A stretch of DNA of 63,969 bases, counting the filler, from Craspedostauros australis (taxonomy: Eukaryota): NCBI GenBank assembly GCA_030167865.1. It is 5 parts of 5 records of this genome, joined end to end, with 100 filler letters (N's around TTAATTAATTAA, not from the genome) between each part and the next. Parts side by side here need not be neighbours in the genome. Positions count along the whole stretch, not along the records: positions 1 to 30,320 come from JALAGF010000580.1; positions 30,421 to 52,843 come from JALAGF010000585.1; 3 more parts are not named here. One strand, 5' to 3'. Position 1 is the stretch's first letter. Each line of letters opens with the position of its first letter. The notes beneath the pieces are model-generated. The model had not been told where the DNA came from, did no database searches, and was given only the letters and a program-made list of their open reading frames with translations. A program made the translations under genes and the position numbers. Positions 22,219-33,745 of this stretch are shown piece after piece.

Positions 22219-22697
22219 TGTGCCCATTTGCGTACTTTTTGGCAAGATGGAGCGTTTTCGGTGAAATCGCTGTTTGCGGGATTGGGTGGGGGCAATGCAG
22301 TCTCTCCTTGTTCGCAGTGGTAGAACTTGAATCTACGTAAGTTACGACTACTCGCGCTGAAGGACAACACAGAAAATGAAGGCGTCCTCGTTTGTCGTTG
22401 TTATTACTGTTGATGGTTCGCAGCGATGTCACCAGTGAAGCCGAAACATCACAACAAGAGAGCGGCAGCAAAGGCGCGCAGCATCACGACAAGCACGAAC
22501 ACAAGCACGAACACATCATCATCACTGTGATACCCAAACATTCGTATCCACGCAACCTCACATTCAACATCCAAAGCAACCCCCAAAAAGGACCGATCTC
22601 ATTCATTTGCAATACATTACTGCAACACATTACTGCAACACGATACTGCAACATCATTCATATTATACAATACCTGCATTGGAACAACGCAAGTATC

Positions 22698-22719
22698 AGA
22701 GAGAGAGAGAGAGAGAGAG
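22698..22719. repeat. (AG)11 microsatellite
   Basis: Read directly. Confidence 0.9.
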
Positions 22720-23005
22720 GCTGTTGGAGTAGATCATCAACAAGGCAAAGAAGGCAGAGACAGAAAGACAAAGACAGCAAAGAATTGCGGACAAATTACG
22801 TACGAGCACCGCGTAGCTGAGTGGATCGCTCGAGGCTGGATCTGTGGGCGTCATTGGCGCCACACTTTTCAACGAAGGGCCTTCGGAGAGACCGGTTTGA
22901 GTCCATCTCATTTGTGTTCAATCCAGTTGTGTTCAATCCAGTTTGAGTTGAGTCCAAGGAATCTCAACAGTATCGTGGGATTGTGACAATCGGAGTGCCG
23001 TCTCA

Positions 23006-25672
23006 ATGCACGGCATGGTGGTGGTGCAGACAAAGATGGCGTCTCCAGCGTCGTCTTCGAGGTCAACAACCTCAACTACGAAAACAGCCGCGAAAACCAA
23101 TGACAGGAGCAAAGGAAAGCGCGGCAGCAAGGTCAAGGTGCGCAAGAAGAGCATCACTGCTCCTGCCAAGGCCACTGCTGTCAAGGCCACTGCTGCCAAG
23201 GCTGCTGCTGCCAAAAGCGCGGACCATGCTGGCGACGACGATCCCACGACCAGCAACACCAGCCTGTCGAACCTCAGCAACCACGATGACATGCTGTCGC
23301 CGGTGGCACCCAACAAGCTCAATGCGGTGGTGTCGCGCAATCGCTTCGTCAGTCGGTACAAGACCACGCCACTGAACCACGAAGCGGATGACAGCGAATC
23401 CAGCGCATTGGAGCAGCTTCCGCCTGCATTCGCGGCCGCCTTTGCGCAATCGCCCAGTGCCAAATCAATGTCCAACCAACATCCGCGTTCGTATCAGCCA
23501 TCAAAGTCACTGTCGCAATCGCAGCATTCGCAATCGCAGCAGTCACAAAGGCCGAAGCAGAGAGCGTCCACACCAGCCTCGGCGGTTGCTAGGCGACATC
23601 TGGAACGACGGGAGCAGTTCAACAGATCGTTATCCAGCCCTTCCGTCGTGAGTCCCAGGACTGCTCTGTGCCTAGGATCCGTCAAATCACCAACTCCCAG
23701 CGACGCGCCCTTCCCTTCGCCCTGTAACTACTACCAGAGCAAGCGGGGCAACTCCTCACTGTCGTCCATCGTGGGCAATGTCAGTTCCGTATCGTCCGTG
23801 ATCTCCCCGTTGCCGCTGTCACCTGCCGTGGAAACGGGTATCACGCATCACCCGGCCAAAACTGCTGCTCCAAGTGCCGTGATGCGCAGTCCCAACGCAA
23901 CGCCGCCAGCCAAAAAGACGACTCCGCGCAAAGCAGTGCGACAGCGACCGCATTCCCTGTCTCAACCCAACCCCCTCGAACGAACTTGGCCTCCCGTCGC
24001 TGCTCTGGACACGGACGCGAGGCTTCCCACCAGCCCCACTGCCTCCAGTACCGATGCCGTCAAACGACAATCCTACCTGCGTGCGCGCAACGACCTGCAC
24101 CAATTCCGAAAGCACAATTTTGTTCAAGCCAGGAAGGCCAGCTTTCAAAAGGCCAACAATGAAGTTCCGTCCCTCTTCCAGCACGGCACCAACCCACGCA
24201 AGATCAACAGCAGCAGCACCATCCAGGAGGAGAAGAAGGAGCAGACATCCCACCACATCGCGCCGGCATTCCAGCGACAGCACAAGAATGACGGCGCCAA
24301 CTATCAGCCCAAACGCAACAATTCAAGCGGCAGCTGCGCCAGCATCAGCCTCGACAGCCTCCGACCCCTGCATCACGTCGGCGAAGGCGATTCGCAGACC
24401 TTCGTCTCCAGCCTGGCCGAAGATGAGGATTCCCTCACTTACGATGCCGCCAGCGTCGGACCCTTCTTTGACGATTACCACGACATCCAGCTGCCGCAAG
24501 GACAGAAGCTGCCACCCGGCAGCGCCCTCATCTACGGCCGACCCAAGCCCAACCGCACCAACTACCGATTCCGCTACGACGGTCCCAGCCTCCTCGCCTT
24601 GCAAGAAAAGAAGGATGGATTGCTGCTGCCCGTCGTCATTGAAACGAGCGGTCACGATCGATTCGCGGCCGGGGATTCGGCACCCTGCGATCGACCGCCG
24701 CGCCAATATCGTCGGCGCTATTCGAATGAGAACCATGACGAAGCGCCCGGCATGCCGTCGCGGCAGTCCGAAGATGACAGTATCGACAGCCAATCGACGA
24801 GCGGCGTCAAACATTGTCGCTGCGATGATATCAGCTTTGATTCGGATTGTTCCATCTCGGATGACGACGATGACAGCTTCAATGCATCCTTGCGGGCACC
24901 GCGAACACTGGAATTGGCCAAGGAGAATCGACCCGATGTGTGGGTGACCGCCATTCATATCCCGCCCGAAGCGCGCAACAGCACCAGCAGCCTCAGCGCG
25001 AGTTGCGGCAGCAGCAGCGATGATAATGATGATGACAACGCTATGTCCAACAAGCGTGATGGAGTTGCCGCCGCAGTTACAGATGACGATGATGATGGTG
25101 ATGATGATGGCGGCCCACCAATCGTCCACAGCCGGTCGTCCAGCGATAGCGACAATGACGATCTGCAACCGCGCAAGTGGAAAATGAAACGCGTTTGGAA
25201 CGTCGACGACATGGACGCCCACGAATCCGAAATCATCGCCGATGGACCCGAAGAATTGATGGCGAATCTGGAACATCTCTTTGGCGTTCCCAGCGAGGCG
25301 GACAGCGAAGATACGTCGGCCTCCACGTCGTCGACGACGCCGCAGGACGACGATCCACCAAATGACACAGCACGCCCATGGCGCGTCGCGAAACTGCTTG
25401 ACGTCGACGGCCATCTCATCCAGGGACAGAAGGAGGAGGAGACCGCCATGGACAAATCGGGCATGCTGCAGCACGTGCAACAGATGGCGCGCGAAGAATT
25501 TGCGTACATCGAGGAGAGCCGCAAACCCAACAAGCACAAGGTGCGCGCCTACAGCCGACCGGATGATTGGATTTCACCGGATGGCAATGGCAGCATCGCG
25601 GCGCGACGATCGTGGCGGCCCAAGGTCAAGCAGCCCGAAGTCGTCATGGAAGAGGAAGAACCGAACAGTTAG
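23006..25672 (+). CDS. Hypothetical, largely disordered Ser/Pro-rich protein with Trp-containing C-terminal motifs (start may be 23036)
   Basis: 888-aa uninterrupted ORF with coding-like codon bias, preceded by a CA-rich leader. No domain recognised. Confidence 0.7.
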   Translation: MHGMVVVQTKMASPASSSRSTTSTTKTAAKTNDRSKGKRGSKVKVRKKSITAPAKATAVKATAAKAAAAKSADHAGDDDPTTSNTSLSNLSNHDDMLSPVAPNKLNAVVSRNRFVSRYKTTPLNHEADDSESSALEQLPPAFAAAFAQSPSAKSMSNQHPRSYQPSKSLSQSQHSQSQQSQRPKQRASTPASAVARRHLERREQFNRSLSSPSVVSPRTALCLGSVKSPTPSDAPFPSPCNYYQSKRGNSSLSSIVGNVSSVSSVISPLPLSPAVETGITHHPAKTAAPSAVMRSPNATPPAKKTTPRKAVRQRPHSLSQPNPLERTWPPVAALDTDARLPTSPTASSTDAVKRQSYLRARNDLHQFRKHNFVQARKASFQKANNEVPSLFQHGTNPRKINSSSTIQEEKKEQTSHHIAPAFQRQHKNDGANYQPKRNNSSGSCASISLDSLRPLHHVGEGDSQTFVSSLAEDEDSLTYDAASVGPFFDDYHDIQLPQGQKLPPGSALIYGRPKPNRTNYRFRYDGPSLLALQEKKDGLLLPVVIETSGHDRFAAGDSAPCDRPPRQYRRRYSNENHDEAPGMPSRQSEDDSIDSQSTSGVKHCRCDDISFDSDCSISDDDDDSFNASLRAPRTLELAKENRPDVWVTAIHIPPEARNSTSSLSASCGSSSDDNDDDNAMSNKRDGVAAAVTDDDDDGDDDGGPPIVHSRSSSDSDNDDLQPRKWKMKRVWNVDDMDAHESEIIADGPEELMANLEHLFGVPSEADSEDTSASTSSTTPQDDDPPNDTARPWRVAKLLDVDGHLIQGQKEEETAMDKSGMLQHVQQMAREEFAYIEESRKPNKHKVRAYSRPDDWISPDGNGSIAARRSWRPKVKQPEVVMEEEEPNS

Positions 25673-26250
25673 AGAAAACACTGGTGTGGAATGCAATGGA
25701 ATTATGATAATACGATTTTTTGGACTACCTTTTCATGTTGCTGTCAGAGAGAGAGAGTTGACACCATTGTTGCTGCCGTTGATGAGATGTTGTGTGAACA
25801 GAGCCATGCGAACACAGAGAGAAAGCGGTTGATCAGTGCGGAACCGCGGTCTCCACAAATCTTGCGCAGCTTGGTGACTGCGTACCTTGACAACAAGAAC
25901 GTGGATTTTGTGGAGTCATCTGTCTCGTTGCGCTCGTTATGTAATCCTAAGTTCAATCGTGTCACATCGCAAGCAAGACCATTATCGGTTAAGTGTTTCG
26001 GTCTTTATGTCCCAAATTAGCTGCACGCAAAACTTAGTTGGACGATAACTCGGTTGGAAAGCACGAGAATTGGGTCGAATGTGATAGCGTCTCCGGAATC
26101 GAGAAAGGAAAAGGCGAAGAAACCGCACAAAACCTGGTGGAGGAGCCATTCATACCAATACTCACTCCGCATCATAGCAATACTCACTCCGCATCACACC
26201 AATACGAGGACACACTCACACTCCAACGAATGCTCTTGACGTGAAGCGCA

Positions 26251-29200
26251 ATGGCCATCGATCAGATCCAATCTCAACGTCGTCGACGACGACGACGAAC
26301 ACCCGCTACGCAAGACAGACAGAAACGAAGGAACGATGCGCGGCCTGCCCGGTTGGTGGCGTACGGGCTCATCGTCTTTGCGCTGGTGTCGGTCCGCGTG
26401 TGGTACCAGACATCGCGTGATGAACCCATCGATGATGGCATACAGCAGTCGGGGTATGATGGCGGCCGCGGCGATGAGCATGTGATGCAACGCACAATCG
26501 ATGAGGACAAGACTCCGCCCTCAGATCACGACAGCGTGCTGCATGCAGCGACGCGGCAGCTTTCCGACAATTCCACCAGCGAGAGTCCGTCTCAAGCGCC
26601 ATCCCAAGCCTCGGGTGTGCCATCGACAAGTCCGTCAGCAGAGCCGTCCCAAGCCTCGGGTGTGCCGTCGACGAATCCGTCATCAGAACCGTCTCAAGCT
26701 TCTGCTCTGCCGTCAGCGCAACCATCCGATCAACCGTCGCAAGCGTCGGCTGCGCCATCGACAAACCCATCTGCAGAACCGTCCCAGGCATCCGAGGTTC
26801 CCTCTGCAAGTCCATCGGCAGAACCATCACTGTCTTCTGATGTACCGTCGACGAATCCGTCAGCACAACCATCGCAAGCTTCTGCTTTGCCATCGACAAG
26901 CCCATCTGCAGAACCGTCCCAAGCCTCAGATGTACCATCTTCACAGCCTTCAACGGAGCCATCGCAAGCGTCGAATGTGCCATCTGGAAATCCATCAGCT
27001 GAACCGTCTCAGGCATCCAATGTACCCTCCGGTAGTCCGTCTACAGAGCCGTCCCAAGCCTCAGATGTGCCGTCAGCGCAACCATCCGATCAACCGTCGC
27101 AAGCATCGGATGTGCCGTCGACAAGTCCGTCGGCAGAGCCGTCTCAAGCATCTGCTGTACCTTCGACGAATCCATCTGCAGAACCGTCGCAATCCTCTGC
27201 TGTGCCATCAGCTCAACCATCCGACCAACCGTCGCAAGCTTCTGATGCACCGTCCGCAGATCCGTCAGCAGAACCGTCGCAAGCGTCGGATGTACCATCA
27301 ACGAATCCGTCCACAGAGCCTTCTCAAGCATCAGACGTACCATCCGGAAACCCATCTGCAGAACCGTCTCAGGTATCCGATGTACCCTCCAGCAATCCGT
27401 CAGCAGAACCGTCCCAAGCCTCAGATGTACCATCAGCACAACCATCCGATCAACCGTCGCAAGCGTCATCTGTGCCATCGACAAGTCCGTCAGTAGAGCC
27501 GTCCCAAGCCTCGGATGTGCCATCTTCGCAGCCTTCAGCAAAACCATCTCAGGCATCCGAAGTGCCGTCCACAAGTCCGTCGGCAGAGCCGTCTCAAGCA
27601 TCTGCTGTACCTTCGACGAATCCATCTGCAGAACCGTCGCAATCCTCTGCTGTACCATCAGCGCAACCATCCGATCAACCGTCGCAAGCGTCGGATGCGC
27701 CGTCCACAAGTCCGTCAGCTGCACCGTCGCAATCGTCTGAGGCACCGTCAACGAATCCGTCAGCAGAGCCTTCTCAAGCATCCGCTGTACCATCTACACA
27801 ACCTTCAGCAGAGCCATCGCAGGAATCCGACATGCCCTCTGAAAGTCCATCAGCAGAGCCGTCCCAAGCCTCAGAGGCGCCTTCGACGAATCCATCAGCA
27901 GCACCGTCCCGGGCTTCTGATGTGCCATCGACAAATCCGTCAGCAGAACCGTCGCGATCTTCGGATATACCTTCAACGAATCCATCCGTAGAACCTTCTC
28001 AAGCTTCTGCTATTCCGTCAACTCAACCTTCTGACCATCCGTCTCAAGCGTCGAATGTTCCATCCACAAGTCCATCAGCAGAACCATCGCAATCTTCGGA
28101 TGTACCATCACGAAGTCCGTCGTCGGCACCCTCGTCACAGCCAACTGAGTCATCGGATGTACCGTCTGCTGACCCATCATCGGCACCTTCATCTCAGCCA
28201 TCCGAATCGTCTGATGTACCGTCTGCAGATCCGTCGTCAGCACCCTCGTCACAACCATCCGAATCATCGGATGTGCCTTCCGCAGATCCATCGTCAGCAC
28301 CTTCATCTCAACCATCTGAGTCATCGGATGTACCGTCCACGGATCCATCGTCGGCACCTTCGTCACAGCCATCTGAGTCATCGGATGTACCATCTGCGGA
28401 TCCATCATCGGTACCTTCGTCACAGCCATCCGAATCGTCTGATGTACCGTCTGCAGATCCATCATCGGCACCTTCGTCCCAGCCATCTGAGTCATCGGAT
28501 GTACCGTCCACGGATCCATCATCGGCACCTTCATCTCAGCCATCTGAGTCATCTGATGTACCGTCTGCAGATCCGTCGTCGGCACCCTCGTCGCAGCCAT
28601 CTGAGTCATCGGATGTACCGTCCACGCATCCATCATCGGCACCCTCGTCACAGCCATCCGAATCATCTGATGTACCGTCTGCGGATCCATCGTCAGCACC
28701 TTCATCTCAGCCATCTGAGTCATCGGATGTACCATCTGCAGATCCATCATCGGCACCTTCATCTCAACCATCCGAATCGTCTGATGTACCGTCCACGCAT
28801 CCATCATCGGCACCTTCGTCGCAGCCATCCGAATCATCTGATGTACCGTCTGCAGATCCGTCGTCGGCACCTTCATCTCAACCATCTGAAGCTTCTGATG
28901 TACCATCTGCAGATCCGTCGTCGGCACCCTCGTCGCAGCCATCCGAATCGTCTGATGTACCGTCTGCTGACCCATCATCGGCACCTTCATCTCAACCATC
29001 TGAGTCATCGGATGCACCATCTGCGGATCCGTCGTCAGCACCCTCGTTGCAGCCATCCGAATCGTCTGATGTGCCGTCCACGGATCCATCGTCAGAACCT
29101 TCATCACAGCCATCCGAATCGTCTGATGTACCGTCTGCGGATCCGTCGTCAGCACCCTCGTCGCAGCCATCCGAATCGTCTGATGTACCATCTGCAGATC

Positions 29201-30320
29201 CATCGTCAGAACCTTCATCACAGCCATCTGAGTCATCGGATGTACCGTCTGCGGATCCGTCGTCAGAACCTTCATCTCAGCCATCTGAAGCTTCTGATGT
29301 ACCATCTGCAGATCCGTCGTCAGAACCTTCATCTCAACCATCTGAGTCATCTGATGTACCGTCTGCGGATCCGTCGTCGGCACCTTCATCTCAGCCATCC
29401 GAATCGTCTGATGTACCGTCTGCAGATCCGTCGTCGGCACCTTCGTCACAGCCATCCGAATCATCTGATGTGCCGTCTGTGGATCCATCGTCGGCACCTT
29501 CATCACAGCCATCTGAAGCTTCTGATGTACCATCTGCAGATCCATCATCGGCACCTTCATCTCAACCATCTGAGTCATCGGATGTACCGTCTGCGGATCC
29601 GTCGTCAGAACCTTCATCACAGCCATCCGAATCGTCTGATGTACCGTCCACGGATCCGTCGTCGGCACCTTCGTCACAGCCATCCGAATCATCTGATGTG
29701 CCGTCTGTGGATCCATCGTCGGCACCTTCATCACAGCCATCTGAAGCTTCTGATGTACCATCTGCAGATCCATCGTCAGAACCTTCATCTCAACCATCTG
29801 AGTCATCTGATGTACCGTCTGCGGATCCGTCGTCGGCACCTTCATCACAGCCATCCGAATCGTCTGATGTACCGTCTGCAGATCCGTCGTCGGCACCTTC
29901 ATCACAGCCATCCGAATCGTCTGATGTGCCGTCTGTGGATCCATCGTCGGCACCTTCATCACAGCCATCTGAAGCTTCTGATGTACCATCTGCAGATCCA
30001 TCATCGGCACCTTCATCTCAACCATCTGAGTCATCGGATGTACCGTCTGCGGATCCGTCGTCAGAACCTTCATCTCAGCCATCCGAATCGTCTGATGTAC
30101 CGTCTGCGGATCCGTCGTCGGCACCTTCGTCACAGCCATCTGAGTCATCAGATGTACCATCTGCGGATCCATCGTCAGAACCTTCATCACAGCCATCCGA
30201 ATCGTCTGATGTACCGTCTGCGGATCCGTCGTCGGCACCTTCATCACAGCCATCCGAATCGTCTGATGTACCGTCTGCGGATCCATCGTCAGAACCTTCA
30301 TCTCAACCATCTGAGTCATC
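26251..30320 (+). CDS. Giant Pro/Ser tandem-repeat (mucin-like) surface or secreted protein, 3'-truncated by an assembly gap
   Basis: Basic N-terminus, hydrophobic anchor LVAYGLIVFALVSV, RQL motif just before the repeats, then >1200 aa of PSxxPS repeats running into the N-gap. Confidence 0.88.
26599..28083 (+). repeat. 33 x 45-bp coding tandem repeat (PSQASDVPSTNPSAE-type, 15 aa)
   Basis: Unit starts at 26599, 26644, ... up to 28084 (1485 bp = 33 x 45). Confidence 0.9.
28084..30320 (+). repeat. >=39 x 57-bp coding tandem repeat (PSESSDVPSADPSSAPSSQ, 19 aa)
   Basis: Unit starts at 28084, 28141, ... up to 30307 (39 x 57), continuing into the gap. Confidence 0.92.
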
Positions 30321-30420
30321 NNNNNNNNNNNNNNNNNNNNNNNNNNNNNNNNNNNNNNNNNNNNTTAATTAATTAANNNNNNNNNNNNNNNNNNNNNNNN
30401 NNNNNNNNNNNNNNNNNNNN
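30321..30420. other. Assembly gap spacer
   Basis: N44-TTAATTAATTAA-N44, an artificial linker with stops in all six frames. Confidence 0.97.
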
Positions 30421-31918
30421 TTACCGGACCTCTGTTAGTAGCAAAGTTGAGACAGAAGAGATGGCAGCGAAACTCTCAGAACACGAAGCTCCTAAGAGAA
30501 GAAAGAGGGATGTGCGTTGCGTGCAACTCANANCACACCCATTAATGATCCTATCAACCTTTGGTCTCAACAAGTGATGCGATAACATGCAAGGAGCATT
30601 CATATCAGAGCAGTCTAAACTAGAGCTCTATTCTACAGAAGAGAAGCCGATTCAGTCATGTTGGTCGTCTTTCTGAGTAGATCACGAACTAGTCACGAGT
30701 ACCAATGTGAAATCCGAACGTGAGTGCCACATGTGACATGAGCACAGGGGTGTGAATGTGAAATGCGATAGGCCTCTACTGTATGCAGGATGGGAGAAAA
30801 GAGGAGCCGTAACAACAAACCAAAAGAGCCGTCGACAGATCTGCGACACAAATCCAAGATGCCATGCAACAATGTGGCTCAACTGGCTTGGGTGCAAATA
30901 GTCGTAGGTCGCGGAAGGACTGTCAACGCCACAAGAAGTTGCAACAGGCTTCAACACTCCTGATCTCCCTCTCTCTCTCTCTCTTGCTCGCGTCTTTGTG
31001 CTTGCCATCCCGATCACTGCGCAACACCAATGACAAGAACACGATGAGGACAAGAACAGCGACAGTCCAACCAAAGACGAAGAACTAACCGAAAGCAAGT
31101 CCGAGGTGAAAGCGGTTGCCGAGTTGCATCAAAACGGATCATTCCGACTGCCGCTCACTCAAAGTCACAATTTTTTGCCCACCGAGCTCTGTTCTGTTTG
31201 ACACCGGCCTTCCCATCCCCATGATGATCCTTCCGCACCAGCCAACAAGACGGAGGCTAAATGCGTGCTTCCTCGTCGGTTGCCGCATGCATGTGGGCAC
31301 GAGCACGGCGTCACAATCGATCACGTGGGTCTCGACTCCGTCTCCACGATTTGTTGCTCGTTTGGGAGCATCGTGTGCCACGATCGTGGAATTGTGGAGT
31401 GTGACGATGCATGTGAACAGCAAACGCCGAGGTAAAGGATGGAGCAAGACAGGTTGAGAACTGATGTGCCAACGACCCAAGACAAGACCAGGACTGCTCC
31501 GGACTACGATGTCTGACTTGGGGAGACGAGCGAGGTGACGTATCGTTGTTGTCTGATATGCCTGCGGACGGGTCGCTTCCGTACGAGCCATTGGTCCTCG
31601 ATCAGATCCTGGACTGGAGTACGTATTACTAGAAAGAGTGGACTCTATCTTCTTTTTCACATTCATGGTGGATGCAAGTAGCTGCATGGTATCATACAAT
31701 AAGATCGAGTGAGCGTTGTGATGGGTTGGCACTTCTGCGCATCGATGTGGGAGAGTGGCAGTGAGCATTACACTTGTTTGCGTCCGCCTGTTTGTGCTTG
31801 GCTGGATCGCCGTCACTTTGGACTGCAAGATTCTCACATCTGCTCCCTGTCCCAGCTCGTATAATATAATGGATCGTACAGTTACCCCTTCCGACACATA
31901 CTGCTATCAATCGTATCA

Positions 31919-33745
31919 TCAAACGAGCGTTGCCTCTGCAATCGGGATCGTACTGTCCTCGCCAACCGCCTCTGCCGTCGGGGTCGTGCTGTCCTCGCCA
32001 ACCACCTCTGCCACCACCTCCGTTCCAAACCCCAATCCGGTCGCGACACGACGATACTTCGCGATGGTGTGAAAAGGAGCACCATTGGATGGTCGTTTCC
32101 CGACCAATCGGACCTGCCTGCGAGCTTCCTCGTACTTGCCCATCATGAACATGGCGTACAGAAACCAGGTTCTCGTGGTGCGTTCCACACTGTGTTCGGC
32201 TGGGTGGAGCTGTTCGTCGTATCGCCAACTTGTTTCATGAGAATCGGGTGGAAATGCCTGGTGGTACGCATGCCCGACCTCCTGCTGAAGACTGGGCGAC
32301 TTCCAGTACGGAGTCTCGATCACGTCCGCACCGAATGCTCGTTCGAAATGGGCCATTGGAATGAGCACCCACAGGAAGTGCCCAGGCGGGAGCCGTGCCA
32401 CGACTGACCGTGCAAGAGCGAACATCTGCTCGTGGCTGCCATGCCACTTGGCGCAAAAGTACTGCAGCGCCCGGACGTAGATCGAATAGTTCCAGATATC
32501 ATCCGTGGTCCTGTGTGGCTGCTGTTCGTAGTTTACCAACACAGTGCGGACATCGATCTGCGATTGTCGACGTCCCAGACCCATGCCAATCGTAATCTGG
32601 CCGGCCACGACCAATGGATGCATCCGATGTCCCAGATCGAACAGGCACTTCAGCTCAGCCAGCGCATGTTGAAGCCGCATGACGAAGGCAAGCGCTTGGC
32701 GTTGTGACACCCTCTGGATGACCGCGTCGGTCCTTGCTTTCCAGGCCCATCGCATGAATGCCTCCATGCGGACGACGCGGCATTGCAGTGAGGATGGTTC
32801 TGCTTGCACCCATTCGTTCAGCATGGTGCTCATTGACGTTGCTTCGGTTTCCAGGAACGCCGTAGTCCAATGTTCTGCGATTTTGCTCACGACAACACCA
32901 ACGTAGAACGTGTCGATGTCATGTTCGTTGCCTTTGACTCCCGGTTTCTCTCCCGACGCCTTCGCCATCGTTGATGCACTCTCCGCGCCGCGACCCTGTC
33001 CCGCCCACGATGCTCGTAGGTCGTTTGATATCATCTTCCAATTATTGTTGATCACCGCCTGTTTCAATGCTGTTGCCCGCGGATCGTTGCCGCTCGGTTC
33101 GTGAAATGTGAAGTCCACAATATGGTCATCAAGAAGGACTTCGGTACCCTGGCGTGGCGCCTCTCTTCCTGCCATGGTGAAGAGCTCCAATTCCACGGAG
33201 TTGGCAATGTTCGTCGTCGCCGGGCTTGCTGCGCTTGCCCTGACTTGTCGGTATCGTCTGGCTGCATTGTACCTGTTGCACCTTGCAATGAGCAGCGCCA
33301 CTCTCAGACAGATGAAGATGAACATCAAGAACCCAAAGACGACGGAGGAATCCGTCGAAGAGCTTCCGGAGGAACCGCTGATTCGGAAGTTGCCTCCTCC
33401 CGATCTCCCCTTGTCCTCGTACGTTACTCTGTCTCCGCACAACTCGATCCACTCCGCTTTGGATGATGCACCCATACGGCGGCAATGCAGTCTGTGGCCT
33501 CTTGTGAGGCCAACGCTGTCGCCACCACCCATGCAGAGGTTTTGATCGCGAGTGCAGCTCAAGCATGCGAACCCGTTCAAGTTGGCCGAGCAAGTCTGAC
33601 GCCCGTTATCGTACTCAGTATCCGTGATGCATATTTCGTCGCCCTGTGGATATGTGTGGTAGCAAGCCTGGGCTGTCGTTGCGCTCATATCTCTATTGTT
33701 GCCAGCAGTGATCGTAGCAGCTGAGACATCGACGCTTGATTTCAT
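31919..33745 (-). CDS. Single-pass membrane protein: Cys-rich N-terminal domain plus cytosolic DUF4034-like helical domain
   Basis: Within the 647-aa ORF, probable start MKSS at 33745. Cys-rich segment, TM VVFGFLMFIFICLRVALLIA, then LNEWVQAEPSS...RWAWKART...FVMRLQHA...YFCAKWHGSHEQMFALAR. From recall this matches the W..P.S / AW.AR / PKW.GS.E.M..FAR pattern of bacterial DUF4034 proteins. Confidence 0.75.
   Translation of the reverse strand: MKSSVDVSAATITAGNNRDMSATTAQACYHTYPQGDEICITDTEYDNGRQTCSANLNGFACLSCTRDQNLCMGGGDSVGLTRGHRLHCRRMGASSKAEWIELCGDRVTYEDKGRSGGGNFRISGSSGSSSTDSSVVFGFLMFIFICLRVALLIARCNRYNAARRYRQVRASAASPATTNIANSVELELFTMAGREAPRQGTEVLLDDHIVDFTFHEPSGNDPRATALKQAVINNNWKMISNDLRASWAGQGRGAESASTMAKASGEKPGVKGNEHDIDTFYVGVVVSKIAEHWTTAFLETEATSMSTMLNEWVQAEPSSLQCRVVRMEAFMRWAWKARTDAVIQRVSQRQALAFVMRLQHALAELKCLFDLGHRMHPLVVAGQITIGMGLGRRQSQIDVRTVLVNYEQQPHRTTDDIWNYSIYVRALQYFCAKWHGSHEQMFALARSVVARLPPGHFLWVLIPMAHFERAFGADVIETPYWKSPSLQQEVGHAYHQAFPPDSHETSWRYDEQLHPAEHSVERTTRTWFLYAMFMMGKYEEARRQVRLVGKRPSNGAPFHTIAKYRRVATGLGFGTEVVAEVVGEDSTTPTAEAVGEDSTIPIAEATLV

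Noticed and set aside
26599..30320. Regular repeats as a possible CRISPR array
   Set aside because: No unique spacers, unit lengths are multiples of 3, the array is protein-coding, and the context is eukaryotic.
30365..30376. TTAATTAATTAA palindrome recurring four times (also 52888, 58098, 62634)
   Set aside because: Always centred in 44+44 Ns; an artificial six-frame-stop scaffold linker, not biology.
28010..30376. 770-aa Met/Thr-rich (-) and His/Arg-rich (+) ORFs overlapping the PS array
   Set aside because: Shadow frames of a stop-poor tandem repeat; variation is mostly synonymous in the PS frame.
30421..31900. Possible C-terminal exon of the PS-repeat protein after the gap
   Set aside because: No long plus-strand ORF or PS repeats; cannot be linked across the gap.
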